Positions 27,001-38,838 of a stretch of 64,000 nt of DNA are shown in pieces. The notes below the pieces were generated by a model. The model saw only the letters and a list, made by a program, of their open reading frames with translations, was not told the origin of the DNA and made no database searches. The stretch spans positions 8,432,001-8,496,000 of the forward strand of contig CM119386.1 in NCBI GenBank assembly GCA_051294905.1, read 5' to 3'. This DNA comes from Botryllus schlosseri (Eukaryota). Both the position numbers and the translations under genes were made by a program. Within the stretch, counting starts at the first letter, position 1, and the number at the start of each line of letters is the position of its first letter.

Positions 27001-28517
27001 ATACCCATTACGTATTGCATCTTTTGACACAGCTTGTTTCTGTTACACTCAACGCAGTTTAGTATACCAGGTTTCTAACTTTATGTAATCGTTGCTGCTG
27101 TCCGATATAATGAAATCTTGTCATTTCTGGATGCTGAACAGTTGAAGATTGAAATTATAACACTGCAAAATGACCACCACCTCAGTCTGCAGCAAACGTT
27201 TGGTGCCTTGTTGACACGGTAAAGTACAGTGGTGTATGCGCAGCAGCTATGAAGGTTGCAAGCGTCTATGGTTCAACTTATCGTTGTGAATCAGCCTTTT
27301 CGGACATGAACTTCATCAAAAACAAACACAAAACACGCTTAATCAATGCACATCTGGAACACTCACTCAGAATTGCAGTGTCAATTAAGTTGCATACCAG
27401 AGTACAGCGCACTAGTTGATATCATACAATGCCAGGCTTCCCACTGACTGCTATAGAAACAGATAACATGATGTCCAGTCCTGCCCAGTGCTATGAATAT
27501 CAAAGCGGAAATACAGTGTGGTGCGGGTAAACGGCGGGAGTAAATAGTAGCCCGCCGCTTCAATCATTACGCAAAAGTAGCCCTCGGTTGCAAAAAGGAT
27601 GGTGACCCCTGTTATAGACCATTACTGGCATACAGTCATTTATTGGAAGTGCAGGGATTTGGACAATTGCCGTTCCTGAAGTATTAAAGTAGCCTAACCA
27701 AACATCGTAGGTCTTGCTATTCTATCGTCCCGAATCCTGAGGCTGTGGGTCTCAATCTACAGATTACAGCAATAGAAGAGCTCTCTCGGAGATGCCATTA
27801 CATTACAACATGATTATGTTTGAATTATGGCAATGGAGCGGTGACATAGGTGGGCATGGGTTTATTAATGATTACGTAACAACAATGACATACCCGAATC
27901 TTTTTCTCTCCAGCTAGGTTGAAGTTCAGAGTCCTGATTTGGTCCAACTGTTCATTCCCCTTCGATAGCTTCTTGATCATATCATGCGTGATATACCTGA
28001 CCAAGTTACGGCCAGATCCGCCATCTTAATACAAACAATTTGTCAACGTGTAAAAACCTGCCTCCAGCTGCAATATCTCAAGACAACATGGGATATCAAA
28101 AGCTCTAAATAACAGCATGCTCATTTACATTCAGTCATAAATTCATGGTCATCGGTAGGCTAATAAGACTAACGATATAGGATACCTGAGCCTACAGATA
28201 AATCATGATTTCCCCTGATCGGACTGACGTGTGGGCTACGACTTCCAACCCTGATCGGCGATACACTGGACGGACGAGATCTGAACATCAAGACAGGATT
28301 AAATTTATTTAAATAATATGCTAGTCAGTGGGATTTCCCTGTACCTGAGTGGGGTCGATGCTCGGCTCCTCGGCTTCGGGGGAGGCTTTGACCTATTTGG
28401 AGAGGGTATTCGGGATGTTCCGGGTACAGAAGAAGCACGCGGTGTTATGGCTAAGCTTGGCGTGTATAGGGTGGCGTCATCGGCACTGTTGCCACGTGTA
28501 TGTTTTGGACTGCTCAT
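1..28517 (-). CDS. CNTRL: Centriolin (CEP110; LRR N-terminus plus long coiled coil), multi-exon, 3' end beyond the window
   Basis: GT-AG exons with continuous phase, 5'->3': 28345-28517, 27894-27996, 25679-25809, 25469-25610, 24711-24897, 24504-24565, 24090-24221, 22950-23054, 19599-19709, 19015-19066, 18156-18331, 17318-17446, 17103-17256, 16350-16453, 16126-16245, (15488-15622 candidate), 14220-14353, 13571-13724, 12983-13202, 12824-12912, 12243-12374, 12068-12174, 9397-9517, 6688-6819, 6053-6172, 5907-5992, 5293-5408, 4978-5126, 4792-4914, 3996-4108, 3291-3483, 2451-2547, 1879-1988, 1613-1759, 1-109 (cut). About 1,490 aa visible. Centriolin-like motifs recognised: RYITHDMIKKL, KKIRYIENLE, SKIEGLE..L..LNLSGN.IE.VP.W..KKL, IVFHLRTLEQLD, ERELAFYKLDKKFEP, PYIGKSAYKRNQFA, FCNVPEHHEIE. 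The ATG at 28517 is the best candidate but not proven. Confidence 0.92.
384..990. mobile_element. Near-perfect foldback MITE (hAT-like) in a centriolin intron
   Basis: Ends TAGGGTTGTTCAAAA...TTTTGAACAACCCTA; the two ~300-bp halves are reverse complements; perfect 8-bp TSD ATGTTCAC (376-383, 991-998). Confidence 0.9.
1013..1481 (+). mobile_element. hAT MITE family A (CAGGGTTGTAA TIR, GACTCGAGTC-rich)
   Basis: CAGGGCTGTAATGACTCGAGTC...TTATAACCCTG; TSD TATCAAAT/CATCAAAT (7/8). Confidence 0.85.
9581..10870. mobile_element. Non-autonomous hAT (Buster/Charlie-type) element
   Basis: TIR CAGTGGTTCCCAA...TTGGGAACCACTG; perfect TSD ATTTAGGG (9573-9580, 10871-10878). Confidence 0.9.
11545..11982 (-). 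mobile_element. hAT MITE family A, reverse orientation
   Basis: CAGGGTTGTAAC...ATTACAACCCTG; perfect TSD CTAAGTAG. Confidence 0.9.
14707..14852. repeat. Small inverted-repeat element (MITE-like) with adjacent partial copies
   Basis: CCTGACGAGTGTCAGCCGAAAA...TTTTCGGCTGACACTTGTCAGG with paired GGGTTTATTTCAATAT/ATATTGAAATAAACCC; partial repeat at ~14906-14945; no clear TSD. Confidence 0.6.
17516..17860 (-). mobile_element. hAT MITE family A, reverse orientation
   Basis: CAGGGCTGTAG...TTACGACTCTG; TSD GTTTCAAA/GTTTCAGA (7/8). Confidence 0.8.
17893..18130 (+). mobile_element. hAT MITE family A, truncated copy
   Basis: AGGTTGTAATGACTCGAGTCACG start and family-A body; right end missing, stops ~25 bp from the exon 18156 donor. 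Confidence 0.75.
18420..18974. mobile_element. Degenerate hAT-like MITE with GCAACTTT repeats
   Basis: Imperfect ends AAGAGCAAG...CTTGTCCTA; TSD GTTATCAC/ATTATCAC (7/8); many internal GCAACTTT units. Confidence 0.5.
19270..19526 (+). mobile_element. tRNA-derived SINE (antisense in a centriolin intron)
   Basis: Pol III A box TAGCGCAGTGG (~19277-19287) and B box GGTTCGAGTCC (19321-19331); no proper cloverleaf; unrelated body ending in an ACAA-type tail. Right boundary approximate. Confidence 0.7.
20550..21867. mobile_element. Buster/Charlie-type hAT element nested in the GGAGCC MITE
   Basis: CAGGGGTGGGCAAAC...GTTTGCCCACCCCTG; perfect TSD GCTTAACC; related copy at 32302-33141. Confidence 0.9.
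20638..20777. mobile_element. 140-bp MITE (third nesting level)
   Basis: CAATGCTCCATCTAA...TTAGATGGAACATTG; TSD ATTATAAA/ACTATAAA; same family as 31814-32007. Confidence 0.8.
21975..22641. mobile_element. Second Buster/Charlie-type element nested in the GGAGCC MITE
   Basis: CAGGAATGGCCAACC...GGCCACCCCTG; TSD ATATAGGC/ATATAGAC (7/8). Confidence 0.8.
26549..27611 (+). mobile_element. Internally deleted Buster/Charlie hAT element retaining a transposase C-terminal remnant
   Basis: TIR CAGGGGTCACCA...TGGTGACCCCTG; perfect TSD TTATAGAC; ~27243-27400 translates AAMKVASVYGSTYRCESAFSDMNFIKNKHKTRLINAHLEHSLRIAVS, matching the Buster/GTF2IRD2-type motif GSTY.CE..FS.M...K.K.R.RL...HL...LRI. Confidence 0.9.
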
Positions 28518-30696
28518 TGGATATTTATTGTACCGCTCTCGTGGGAATAAACTTGTTCATGTGCACATCGCAGCAATCATCATAATCATATAGTATGCAA
28601 TACGCATCCCACTTTCAGGTAAAATTAAATAATACTTGTACCCTGCAAAAAGGAAGTGGCCTATCAATACTAACATTACATGCATATACCCTTCGGCCTT
28701 CCTAACATTAATTATCTCAATTATTATCCAATAAAATTTCTTTCCATTTTTTTCCCACTTCATTCTGTACTTATTTATTTGCAATGGCAAAATAAATTCT
28801 TTCCCTTAATAGCATGATGAATATTTGATGTACAATTGTACACAGTACATGTTTAAAATGTAACTATCAAAAATTAATTTGTCTGTCCTGATCCTGGATG
28901 ATTTGTAACCATCTACCTCACAGTAAAACACCCGCATATGACAAACTTATTCTCGATTTCGGTAAAATTTAATATCACATCTTTATTGTCCATCATATGC
29001 CTTAATCCCTATATTTTTGTGGAATGCAAGTCATTACATAAAGGTATATACGAAGTACCCTCAACTTAAAATAATCTCCTACATTTCTAACGAATATAAA
29101 GCTCTTATAATGTGGGCTGATTAGAATAATATTTTTACGAAAGTCCCCTGACAACATCGGGCCCTAGGTCTGGCCCCACAAATGAGCAATCATTTGCAGT
29201 GCTCTGCGTTATTTATTCGAAATGACCCGCTTCATTGTGTGCGTTCCACACCGTTGGCATTCGCAACAACAACAAGCCATGGATGGACGGTTCCGTATCA
29301 AAATATGTTGTATCTCCGGATTTCCTGACATATTTCCGGTTACAATAAGATTTTCTACTTCTCTCGTTCAATCAAAAACGATAGATATGGTTGCTATTCC
29401 AGTGCAATACTTATTCATCAAAATCATCTGAATTCCACATAATCCTAATCTAAGCACTAATCAGGTAGTTCACAATCGCGTTTCTGAAATGCCCTTGATA
29501 CTGACTTGATACTGACAATCATAAGTCAGAACACCCCAAACACCCACATACAAATGGAGTCATAAGACTATGCTGATATCTCAATACTGCAAGAGCAATT
29601 ACTCTCCGATGAGTGGTTAAAGAAGTGAATGACACTGAGCAATCATAAGTGTATTCACAATACAATAATTAAAAATCTTTCAAAGGCCGTCTCGCGCAAG
29701 AGAACGCATAAACAATGCGAAAGGTGAATAGTTGATGATACGAAAGACTTCAGTAGAACTATCAATTAATTGTTGAAGGTGTTATAGGCTTTCCGATGTC
29801 AATCATTTGATTTGATTTTCAATAAATGAGCATTCACGTCAATATTATGTAGTTTCAACTGATACAAACGCAACAGTGCCATCTTTCAGGTCACTGAGAA
29901 GCTGAGAACATCACAAAAATGGAATTTTTGGCCTTCAGCAAATGCTACGCACAAGTTAAGCAGGGATATCTAAATGTCCCTGAAGTCAAGTGAAGTAAAT
30001 CGATTTTCGAAGGTGACTTGAGTCAAGTCAAGTCACTCGTTTTATGGAGGTGACTCGAGTCAAGTCACAATTCAAGTAAAATTGAATTTTCGAAGGATGA
30101 GTGATCTTTTAAAGTCATTACATTTTGCTAGCTGTTTTAAAGACAGATTAATTGGTCCTTTATCCTAATCAAATAACGACTATACAGTTAAATAGCCTAT
30201 ACATGCGAAATGCGTTGTGTCGCACATGCACACGTAGATACTGCTAATGAAATACGTCAGTAACTGTATGTAGCCTATATAGCTACATCAGGGGTGTCAA
30301 GCATACAGCCCGCCAAATGATTTCATCCGGCCCGCGAAGCAATTCTGAGTATAGATTGAAAAATGCGTGTATTTTATCCAGCACATTTCTCGATTTCGCA
30401 GTAAAAATACTTCTAATAAATATTCTTTCAAGATAGCAAATGTCTAGTATGCATAGACCACATTATAACCACCGGACAGCGGATTGGTGACTTGTGATTT
30501 CTAGTCATCCTCGCAGGAGCAAGTCGCTGATATTGACACTCAATTCCGAGAAAGCGAAAAAGTGCATATATTGAGTTATTTACGGAAAATTGACCAAAAA
30601 CTAATCCACAGAAGCGGAAACGTCAATACTAAAAACCCTGATAATTTATATGCATGTTACATGGAGTATATAATGGCTACACAGGGTCGCATTTCT

Positions 30697-31039
30697 TAGG
30701 GTTACCATATTTTGGAATCGGGAAAGGAGGACACGTTTCAAAATTTTCAGACTTAGAATTGTCGAGTGAAATTCGAATAAAAATTATAAATTTTCCCCAC
30801 TTTGAGGTTGGTTGACTAAAAAGAGGTCAGCCTTCTGGCTCAGCTCCGGAAATAGCCGCCGAAGCGTTACTTCAGTGCTGATTTACTGTATCTCAGTCGA
30901 ATTTTGTCGTATATTTAACCGAAATTCTCAATAAAGCGGACAAAATCTCAAAAAGGATGACATTTGGGCGTCCTCGGAGGACATTTTTGAAAACCCGAAA
31001 AGGAGAACAAATCCTCCTTAAGGACGTATGGTAACACTC
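30697..31039. mobile_element. hAT MITE (TAGGGTTACCATA family)
   Basis: TAGGGTTACCATA...TATGGTAACACT; TSD GCATTTCT both sides; relatives at 59457-59774 and 60832-61221. Confidence 0.8.
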
Positions 31040-31196
31040 GCATTTCTGCATTAGTTCGACGCAAAAAGTCGAGAGCTGGATCCAAATCACTCAAATTCCA
31101 ACGCCCCGTTTACTGTTAAATCTTTTGTATTCAGCACAACGCATAAGCACTAAGCAGGGTTGACGCCATTGTACATAGCCATAATGTCCTATATGG

Positions 31197-31799
31197 TGTG
31201 GACACAAGTAAATTTCACGGCTCAGTAAAAAAGGTCTACGTCACACTTTCAATTTGGCTAAAGGCAATTTGACGGTATAATTTTCGACCGCGGCTTGCCG
31301 AGCGCGAAAAAATTTGACAAAACGGGTATCTATCGAAAGCTACCGCGGTACTGATTTCGAAATTTTATTCTGTTCGTGGCCCTGGAACCCCCCAAAATCA
31401 GCCTCGAATGTTGCATTGTAATGAAGTTTGGGATTGTGACGCAACAATATCTGGGAGCAGGTAAAGAAGTAGCGCAAACCACAAGAGTATCGACCATTGC
31501 TGCGCAACCGATTGAGCCTTCACACTCTCGTGCGCACTTGCTCCTGAGCTGCTCAGACGGCATGGTTGCCTCACAATACTGAACTCCGTTACGATACAAC
31601 ATTCGAGGCTGACTTTGGAGCTTCCAGGGCCACGAGCAGAATAAAATTTATAGTTTCGCAATCAGTACCGCGGTAGCTTTCGATTGATATCCATTTTTTT
31701 AAATTTAATGTTCGGCAAGCCGTCAAATTGTCTTTAGCCAAATGGAAAGTGTGACGTATAACCAATTTCACTGAGCCGTAAGATTTGCTTGTGTCCACA
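31197..31799. mobile_element. ~600-bp palindromic (foldback) element
   Basis: TGTGGACACAAG...CTTGTGTCCACA; arms pair over ~250 bp (GGCTCAGT/ACTGAGCC, GAAAGCTACCGCGGTACTGATT and its complement); superfamily not determined. Confidence 0.8.
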
Positions 31800-31813
31800 G
31801 TCCACATCCACAC

Positions 31814-32007
31814 CAATGTTCCCTCTATTTTTTCACGAGTTTGCGCGTACTCACCAACTCACTGCGCGGTCTCCTATGGACAACAGTGCGTAACGACTAA
31901 AAAAGGTCATCACTTTGGCTTTTTTGTGTGCAGCTTAGATTTTCTGTGCGCAGAGACCGTGTCAGCGCTGCGCAATTGCGCACGTGCGCAGCTTAGAGGG
32001 AACATTG
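31814..32007. mobile_element. MITE, CAATGTTCCCTCTA family
   Basis: CAATGTTCCCTCTA...TAGAGGGAACATTG; TSD ATCCACAC/GTCCACTC (6/8). Confidence 0.8.
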
Positions 32008-32301
32008 GTCCACTCGACACAGGACGCTATTATGCTACAACTAAAACAAAGCGCGAGGGAGCATGTAAATATTCCAATTTAAAGAATCTATGAATTTTGA
32101 GCTAGCATTTAGGAATCATTTGACTGGTGCGGCCCGCGAGTGATTTGAATATATGAATCTGGCTCGCCCCAGTTGAATTTGACAACTCTGAAGCAGGCCT
32201 ACATCCTACATTCTACATTCTGTTATTATCAGCCAAAGTGGGGGATCGAATACGGAGCCTCGAGAAGCTGAAAAAAATTGATATCTTACGATACACTAAC
32301 C

Positions 32302-33141
32302 CAGAGGTGGGCAAACTTTTTAGCTCGTGATGGGCAGCACTACCAACATAAAATTGGAATAGTAAGCCAAAATTCAATAGATTGTTATTTGATTATATAG
32401 TGACTGACAACATGGAAATAATATATTTGTATATTTAAAGCAAACCAAACATGGATTTGACGAAGACGTACACGCTTCAGAAACATCGACGAGAATTTAT
32501 ATATGCTGGTCGTCCTCATTGTCAAAATTAGGGATGAAAGTCCCTGTCCCGATTCAGGGATAACTAGAACTCTAGATATCCCTGTCGCGATATTATAACT
32601 AATCGCGATAATTATAACTAATTGAAAAATTGAGTCTGTGAGCAACGATCTGTTCATAGATTTGCTGCTTGTACTTTTGGTTTAATCCCAGGACACAAAA
32701 TTCTGACAACATCATAACTAGGCTATATGTTAACTTTAAATACGCTTCTGCAATATATAAATATTATACATATAAATACTCCTACGCATAAAAAAGACGA
32801 ATGTATCTAACACACTCGCGAATCGGTTTATCGGTGTACAGCAAGAACAGTACACAATATATTAAACTTGCTCATGTTTCCGATCTAAAATCACACATAT
32901 GCGGTCCGAATTAAGTCATTGACGATTCACGTTGCGTGCTGTTAAGCATTAGAAAACTTTCAAAATACATGGACCGCGAGGTCGGGCCATCGCGCCATCA
33001 ATAAAATAAAAAAATACTCTTACCAACAGTAACTTGATCTTTATACGCATTTTATCAATATTTCTACGTTTACGGAGGCTTTAGCGGGCCGAACAAAACG
33101 GTGATGGGGGCCGCATGCGGCCCGTAGTTTGCCCACCCCTG
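32302..33141. mobile_element. Buster/Charlie-type hAT element (sister of 20550-21867)
   Basis: CAGAGGTGGGCAAAC...GTTTGCCCACCCCTG; TSD CACTAACC/CATTAACC (7/8); internal sequence collinear with the 20550 copy. Confidence 0.85.
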
Positions 33142-33808
33142 CATTAACCTAACCATCAACACATCCGTGAGAATATAAACGCATAAACTATATTCGTTCG
33201 ATTTAATCATAAAAGAGGGTTGGTAAAGGTGAGCGCTGTGTAACGTAAGGACAGAACCGTCTAATAAACAGCTATACGTTGCTACTAGTCAGTGGTTCTC
33301 AAACTTTTTTAGGCACGTCTGGTAAAACATTTCGCACCTCCCTTATCGTCATATCACAAAATGCAACCTGAATGCTGGCGATCCCAACGGATAGTTTGAT
33401 GGCATGGAAGGTTATACTGCTCATGAGCTAATTCTCAAAGATGAAATTCTGACTATACACAGAGCAATAACTATATATCGGGGGTTGATCGCGCGGAGCG
33501 CGAAAATTTTTTTTAGTTGACCATAGGGGGACCATACGTCCTCTTTTAAGAGGATTTGTCCTCTTTTTTGACTTTTTTAAAATGTCCTCGGAGGACGCCC
33601 TTTTGTCCTCATTTTTGCAAAGTGACTAGAGTCAAGTTAAGTCATACGAAAAAATTGACTCGAGTCCTCCCAACACTGCTAAACTGGAGGAAAAACACAG
33701 GGTTGTAATGACTCGGGTCACGATTTTATGATGACTCGACTTGAGTAGAGTCATTTTCTCAAAATACGGAAATGACTCGACTCGACTCGAGTCAATCTGT
33801 GTATTGAC

Positions 33809-35064
33809 CAGAGTTGGTCAAAGTAGTCAATAAAGCTACTCAAGTTGAAGTAGAAGTAGCGACGCAAAAATCTACTCAAGTGCGAGTAGAAGTAGATCTT
33901 GAAAGCAGCCTAGAACTACTTCAAGTAGAAGTAGGATTGACAGACTTTAAATCTAGTCAAGTAAGTAGGCCTAAGTAGTTTGAAAACGGTCGTAATTCGT
34001 TCGCGTGGACTGTCAAAAGTCGCAAATTGACCAATGCGAAAGGCGCAGAGAGCTTGATTCATATTGATGCATCCCAGGCGGTATCAATTTTTACAGCATA
34101 ATCATTCGTCCCCATCATGTGATGCAAAAGATAGTGTTGATATGGAAATGCGATACTAATCCTTTGTTTACTCGAACACCCCGTCTTAGAACATAGCATG
34201 GCCTGGTATTGGATACGGTGTTAGCACTTTGAGCGATTATAGTATACTTAATAAAAAATATATCGGATCGTAAAAATGTCATATAGTGTGGCTATATTTT
34301 CGGAAAATAGAGGCATCACTACACTTTCTTTTACTTCATCATGCATGATCTCCAGAAAGAAGAAATGAAACTAATTAGAACTTAAAGTATGATACTACAC
34401 TGGGAATTGAAAGAGAAATACCAATACTACTTCCAAAATGCGGAAAATATATTTTATGTCGTTTGTCCAGAAAGTTTGAATGGTGTTCTGCTAAAACAGG
34501 TCTAACACACAAAAAAGTCAGAGTCCGGATTTTTCTAGATTAGGACAGACGGCCAGACGCTTTGAGCTGCTAGATTACGATATGATAGGTTGGGTAATTG
34601 CTAGATTGCGAAACGGTAGTTTCAACTTTCAGACGTATGGGCCATATTTACTATAATGAAATATTTCATGTGGGCGACAATGCGGCGTGAATGGAACCAC
34701 ATAACCCGCTATCTGAAGTATAATCACCGATACTTTCGTGAAAACATATTTGTCACTCCATATAAGTATCTTGCGCGAAGCGCGACGAAAATTCTTGTCT
34801 TTAATTAACTTTTATGAAAATTGAATGTTGATACTGCGCGAAAACAGCCCGAAAATTCGTCAGGCTAACTTTCTGATTGGAGGATTACTCTACTTCCACT
34901 TGAAAAACTGAAAATAGCGAGAATTAAGTAAGTAGATCACAAAATTTTACGAAGTAGAAGTACAAGTATCAGAAAGCAGATTTACTTGAGTAAGTATCGC
35001 AAGTAGCGGAAATCTACTTGAGTACTTCGAAAAAGTAGAAGTACTTCGTTACTGAACACCTCCG
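33809..35064. mobile_element. hAT-like element with AGTAGA/TACTTG-rich subtermini, nested in family A
   Basis: CAGAGTTGGTCA...TGAACACCTCCG; TSD GTATTGAC/GTATAGAC (7/8); end fragments of the same family at ~12560-12670 and ~50160-50383. Confidence 0.8.
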
Positions 35065-35304
35065 GTATAGACTCTACTTGGACTCGAGTCATTGCGCATG
35101 ACTCGAACCTAGCCAAGCCATATGACTCGAGACTCAGACGGCCATGACCAACATTTCATTGTAATTTCGAAGAATAGTAAATAACCACACTATTAGGATT
35201 TCGTCTATTGGTACTGCATGGTATGCTACTTGAAAATACGACAAGAAACTGCTAAAAGTGAGGAAAATTAGCATATTTTTAATGCAAACCATTCGATATC
35301 ACCA

Positions 35305-37352
35305 CACTGTAAAAAATAAAAACCTCGATTTACCGCGAAATGTTTGGAAGCACGGTAGCCAGACATTTCGTGGTAATCTAACATTACCGTTAGTCAATGT
35401 AAATTTAACTTACACTCGTCCGGTAATCTCACTTTACACGCAAGACTGTAATGTTACAGTCACCACCGGTATATCTAATCTACATGTTCTCCTGTACATT
35501 TGCGATCGAGACTGTCATTTTACCGCCTACCTACCTACATGCTGTCCCTGTAAATCAGGATTACATACCAGCTTGTAAATTCACGTACATCCATACTTAT
35601 CGCAAAGCAACCCGATGCAAAAATATCGCAACATTTTCTTCACATCCCCAAAACGACATTGGAACAAACTGTATATTCATTCATGATATCACGATGAAGT
35701 GGTTATCGACGGAAAAATATTGCTGCTGGAGGTCTAATTCTTCTTTAGGAGACATGCAGTAACACGAGTGGTCTCAAGAAAACGTGAATTAATTCCACCA
35801 CCGGCCAAACTTCCAATTGTTTCTTTTTCTCATTCTCATTCCTTCTGTGTAAGTAGTATCTTGCAGTTCCACTAAAAAGAATTCATGCGTAAGTCGCTAT
35901 ATAAAGCAAAGTTCCTAACCTAGACAGTGGACATGACATTATAAAGACTAAGACAAATACGCTAACAAAAATATAACATGTTTTGAAGTACCGGTACTGG
36001 CACATTGTGTGATGACGGCTCCGCCTTTTACATGACATAGCAGAGATTCATGACTTTATCTGTATTGAAGCAAAAGGTTCCGTATTTAAGGTGGCATGTG
36101 TGGCAAACAAATCCAGCAGTGGATGAAAACATATCTATGCTATGGCCCGAAAATGACATTACCAAGCCAACAGTTTCAACTCCTCCGCAGCGGAGTATGT
36201 GGTCACTATATAAGTCGACAAATATCCCAAAATAGAACAGAGAATACGGCGAATGAAATATATCAATCATGAAATCTAAGTCATCGAGGGCTGGTGTGCA
36301 GAGTCAGATATTCACGGTAACAAATACTATGTAGTACTGTATTACCTTTTAAGATGCGTATTCCATTCAGCATTCCTAGGAATCTTCAACGATCGTGTCC
36401 ACTTTCTTCAAGCACAACAAGCTTCGCTCCACCCTTTGCTCAAATCTCACTCATAGCCACTGGCCAGACGACCCTCGAACGATTTCGAAATAAATGGTAT
36501 TCATCCGCTGACACATGACACCAATAATATTTACTGGCCACGTTATAATGTTTGATCTGGGTCGTTTTTTCCATACAGAAACATTTATCATTGCATATAG
36601 TCCCTTTTTTCATCTAATTTCGTATAAATTGATATATATTCCATGTGTTGTTCACTACTTACTGTACTTACCTAACCAGACGCTGCTTGTGATGTCACAG
36701 TTGTGCGTTGGTTGTTTACTACGAATCTCAGAAAAAGCAGTCACCTAATGTAACCTATCACAGGTCGCCTTGTCCGCCATTAACAAATGGTCAGCTGAGC
36801 ATGCGGTGCTGATATTTCTAGTTTCCCCGAGCAATATTATACATCCTGAACTAATTTTTTAACTTATCAGCCTTATCCGTGACAACGAATGTAACCAGCG
36901 AGACTGGCCGTACAGCCATTGCCTTATAATATAATATGGCTACGGTGTACCACATTAGCTACGATTGTCAGTTATTTCTTGTACCCTACTAAGCTTAAAT
37001 TGATACTAGGGCCAACAATTTCGGTATGACAGACCCCAGTCTCGCAAACGAGGTTCAATCAGGTCAAATCACCTCTAGAATGATATATCAGTAACATTCA
37101 ATTCTACGTATACATTGGCTGCAGCGATTTTGAAGCTAATCAAGTTTGCCAATAGCCCGGTAAACTGCAGTAACGAGTAACTGTCAGTAATTTTGCGAAG
37201 AATTTCTGGTAACTTACTTTACAGCTATATTAAGGTAATATTACATATCAAAATGTAAAATGACAAGCTACGCACATTAATTGGCTGCGACCTGTAATTC
37301 GTGGTAAAATTTACAGAGATTTCCCAGTAAATCTACCAGATTTTTTACAGTG
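35305..37352. mobile_element. CACTG-ended (CMC/EnSpm-like) non-autonomous element, nested in family A
   Basis: TIR CACTGTAAAAAA...TTTTTTACAGTG; 2-bp TSD CA; host continuity shown by comparison with uninterrupted family-A copies. Confidence 0.8.
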
Positions 37353-37689
37353 CAAAAAGAGTTATAAAAAGTGGGTTTAACACGACTTTACCTGAAACCT
37401 GAGCAGTCAACACAATAACTTGCGGACTCGGACTCGAGTCATAATACCATGTCTCAGACTCAGACTCGACCCTCTGCTCGCTGACTTGGACTCGGACTTT
37501 AATCGGTTTTGAATTGAAAATGACTCGACTTGACTCGAGTCAAAACTATAAAAAGTGACATTGACTTGTGACTCGGAAGTGACTTGGTAACAACCCTGGA
37601 AAAACATTGGTACAGATACATTTCCGGTACCGAAAAGCTTTCCATCCCGTAAATTTTCCACGGCCAATGGCCATCCAACCATCCATCCA

Positions 37690-38240
37690 TCCAAAAAGTT
37701 GCTTCTGAAGAGATTCGGCTTACTAATCATAGAAGATATGCGTGAACTAGAAATCGCCAAGTTTATCAGTTCCACTGTGGTCACTGGCCCGAATATTTTA
37801 ATGAGTTCTTTACCTCGGAATTAAAAGCGCACAAGTACAACACACGCTCGTCGACGCCGTCCAAATATCATATGGTTGATCGAAAAGATCATCGCTCTAT
37901 CAAATATGCCGGACCTGACGTGTGGAACAGTATCCCACTGGCCATCTAACAGTCGACGAGCATATCCATACATTCAAGTCGAAATACAAGCAATTCTACT
38001 GAATAAATACCAGCCCACCCTCTAGATTAGTTGACCACGATCTGACTTATCGATCTCGCTTTCCGTGACATATTACCACCCCATTTTTTGTCGCTTGCTT
38101 TTTATTGTACTGTCTTCTTTTACTTTTACTGTACGTCTCCTCTTTACATCGCCTAGGCCTCGGTGTCTGATGTCAGGGTGTCTGATTCCAAAGACTACTC
38201 CAAGTCGTTTCGACAACTTTCGACCCTATACAACGCTAAT
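37690..38240 (+). mobile_element. 5'-truncated 3' fragment of the LINE family at 55204-57235
   Basis: Reverse-complement similarity to ~55290-55810 (e.g. GAAATCGCCAAGTTTAT, AAATATGCCGGACCTGA, CCTAGGCC). Boundaries approximate. Confidence 0.8.
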
Positions 38241-38299
38241 TAATCAATCAACCGACAGATTATGTTGTCATCTGCCCAAGACACACACATAATGTACAA

Positions 38300-38626
38300 T
38301 GCGATATACAAGACACACGATGCGATGTAATGAACAAATAGGGTGATGTCAAACGACCATTTGGGGTCTCTTGAACTGGCATTCACCTCGACCTAGTGCC
38401 CGATGTCACAACTTCTTCGTTGTTATATTCTTTCTTCGTCGATCCTTTTTTAAACGCTATTTCTTGCTCTTTTTCTTTCTTTAACAGTTTTTTTGGGGGC
38501 TTTTTTGTCGACGTAAGAACAACGACACGGGGGACGAGGAGCCCAGAATAACGTCCGGCCTCGGGAATCGAACCGTGCCTGCATGAATGACGCCGACGCT
38601 CTTCAGCGCTACGCTATCTCCCCCGC
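38300..38626 (-). mobile_element. tRNA-derived SINE-like element
   Basis: Minus strand GGGAGATAGCGTAGCG (A-box-like) and GGTTCGATTCCC B box (38563-38574) followed by a non-tRNA body; 3' boundary approximate. Confidence 0.6.
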
Positions 38627-38838
38627 TACATGCCACCTTTATGGGAATCGTGGATAACTTTCCGTTAATTGTTAAAAGTACCCGTGCTAAGTGGTGATTA
38701 GTGTTATATTTCAGAGACGGCAGATTTACTTGATGTGTTTTTTAGTCGAATATCTGTTGACTCGGAACTAAATATGCTCGAGGGAAGTGCTCTGTGGTCC
38801 ATGCGGAGAAAGCCGGATCGCGAAACCGACATCCAGAG

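Larger units (their letters stand above)
30289..32190. mobile_element. Charlie-type hAT shell with several nested MITEs
   Basis: Ends CAGGGGTGTCAAGC...TTTGACAACTCTG with GGCCCGC subterminal motifs; no TSD recognisable; contains 30697-31039, 31197-31799 and 31814-32007. Confidence 0.6.
33698..37598 (+). mobile_element. hAT MITE family A expanded to 3.9 kb by two nested elements
   Basis: CAGGGTTGTAATG...TAACAACCCTG; perfect TSD GAAAAACA; family-A body resumes in register after each insert. Confidence 0.9.

Noticed and set aside
28642-28655. Strong acceptor upstream of the centriolin ATG as a trans-splice site
   Set aside because: Several upstream ATGs lie between it and the presumed start codon; cannot be supported without transcript data.
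29253-29267. RFX X-box for the centriolin promoter (GTTGGCATTCGCAAC)
   Set aside because: Only a loose match to the X-box consensus and the TSS is unknown; expected by chance.
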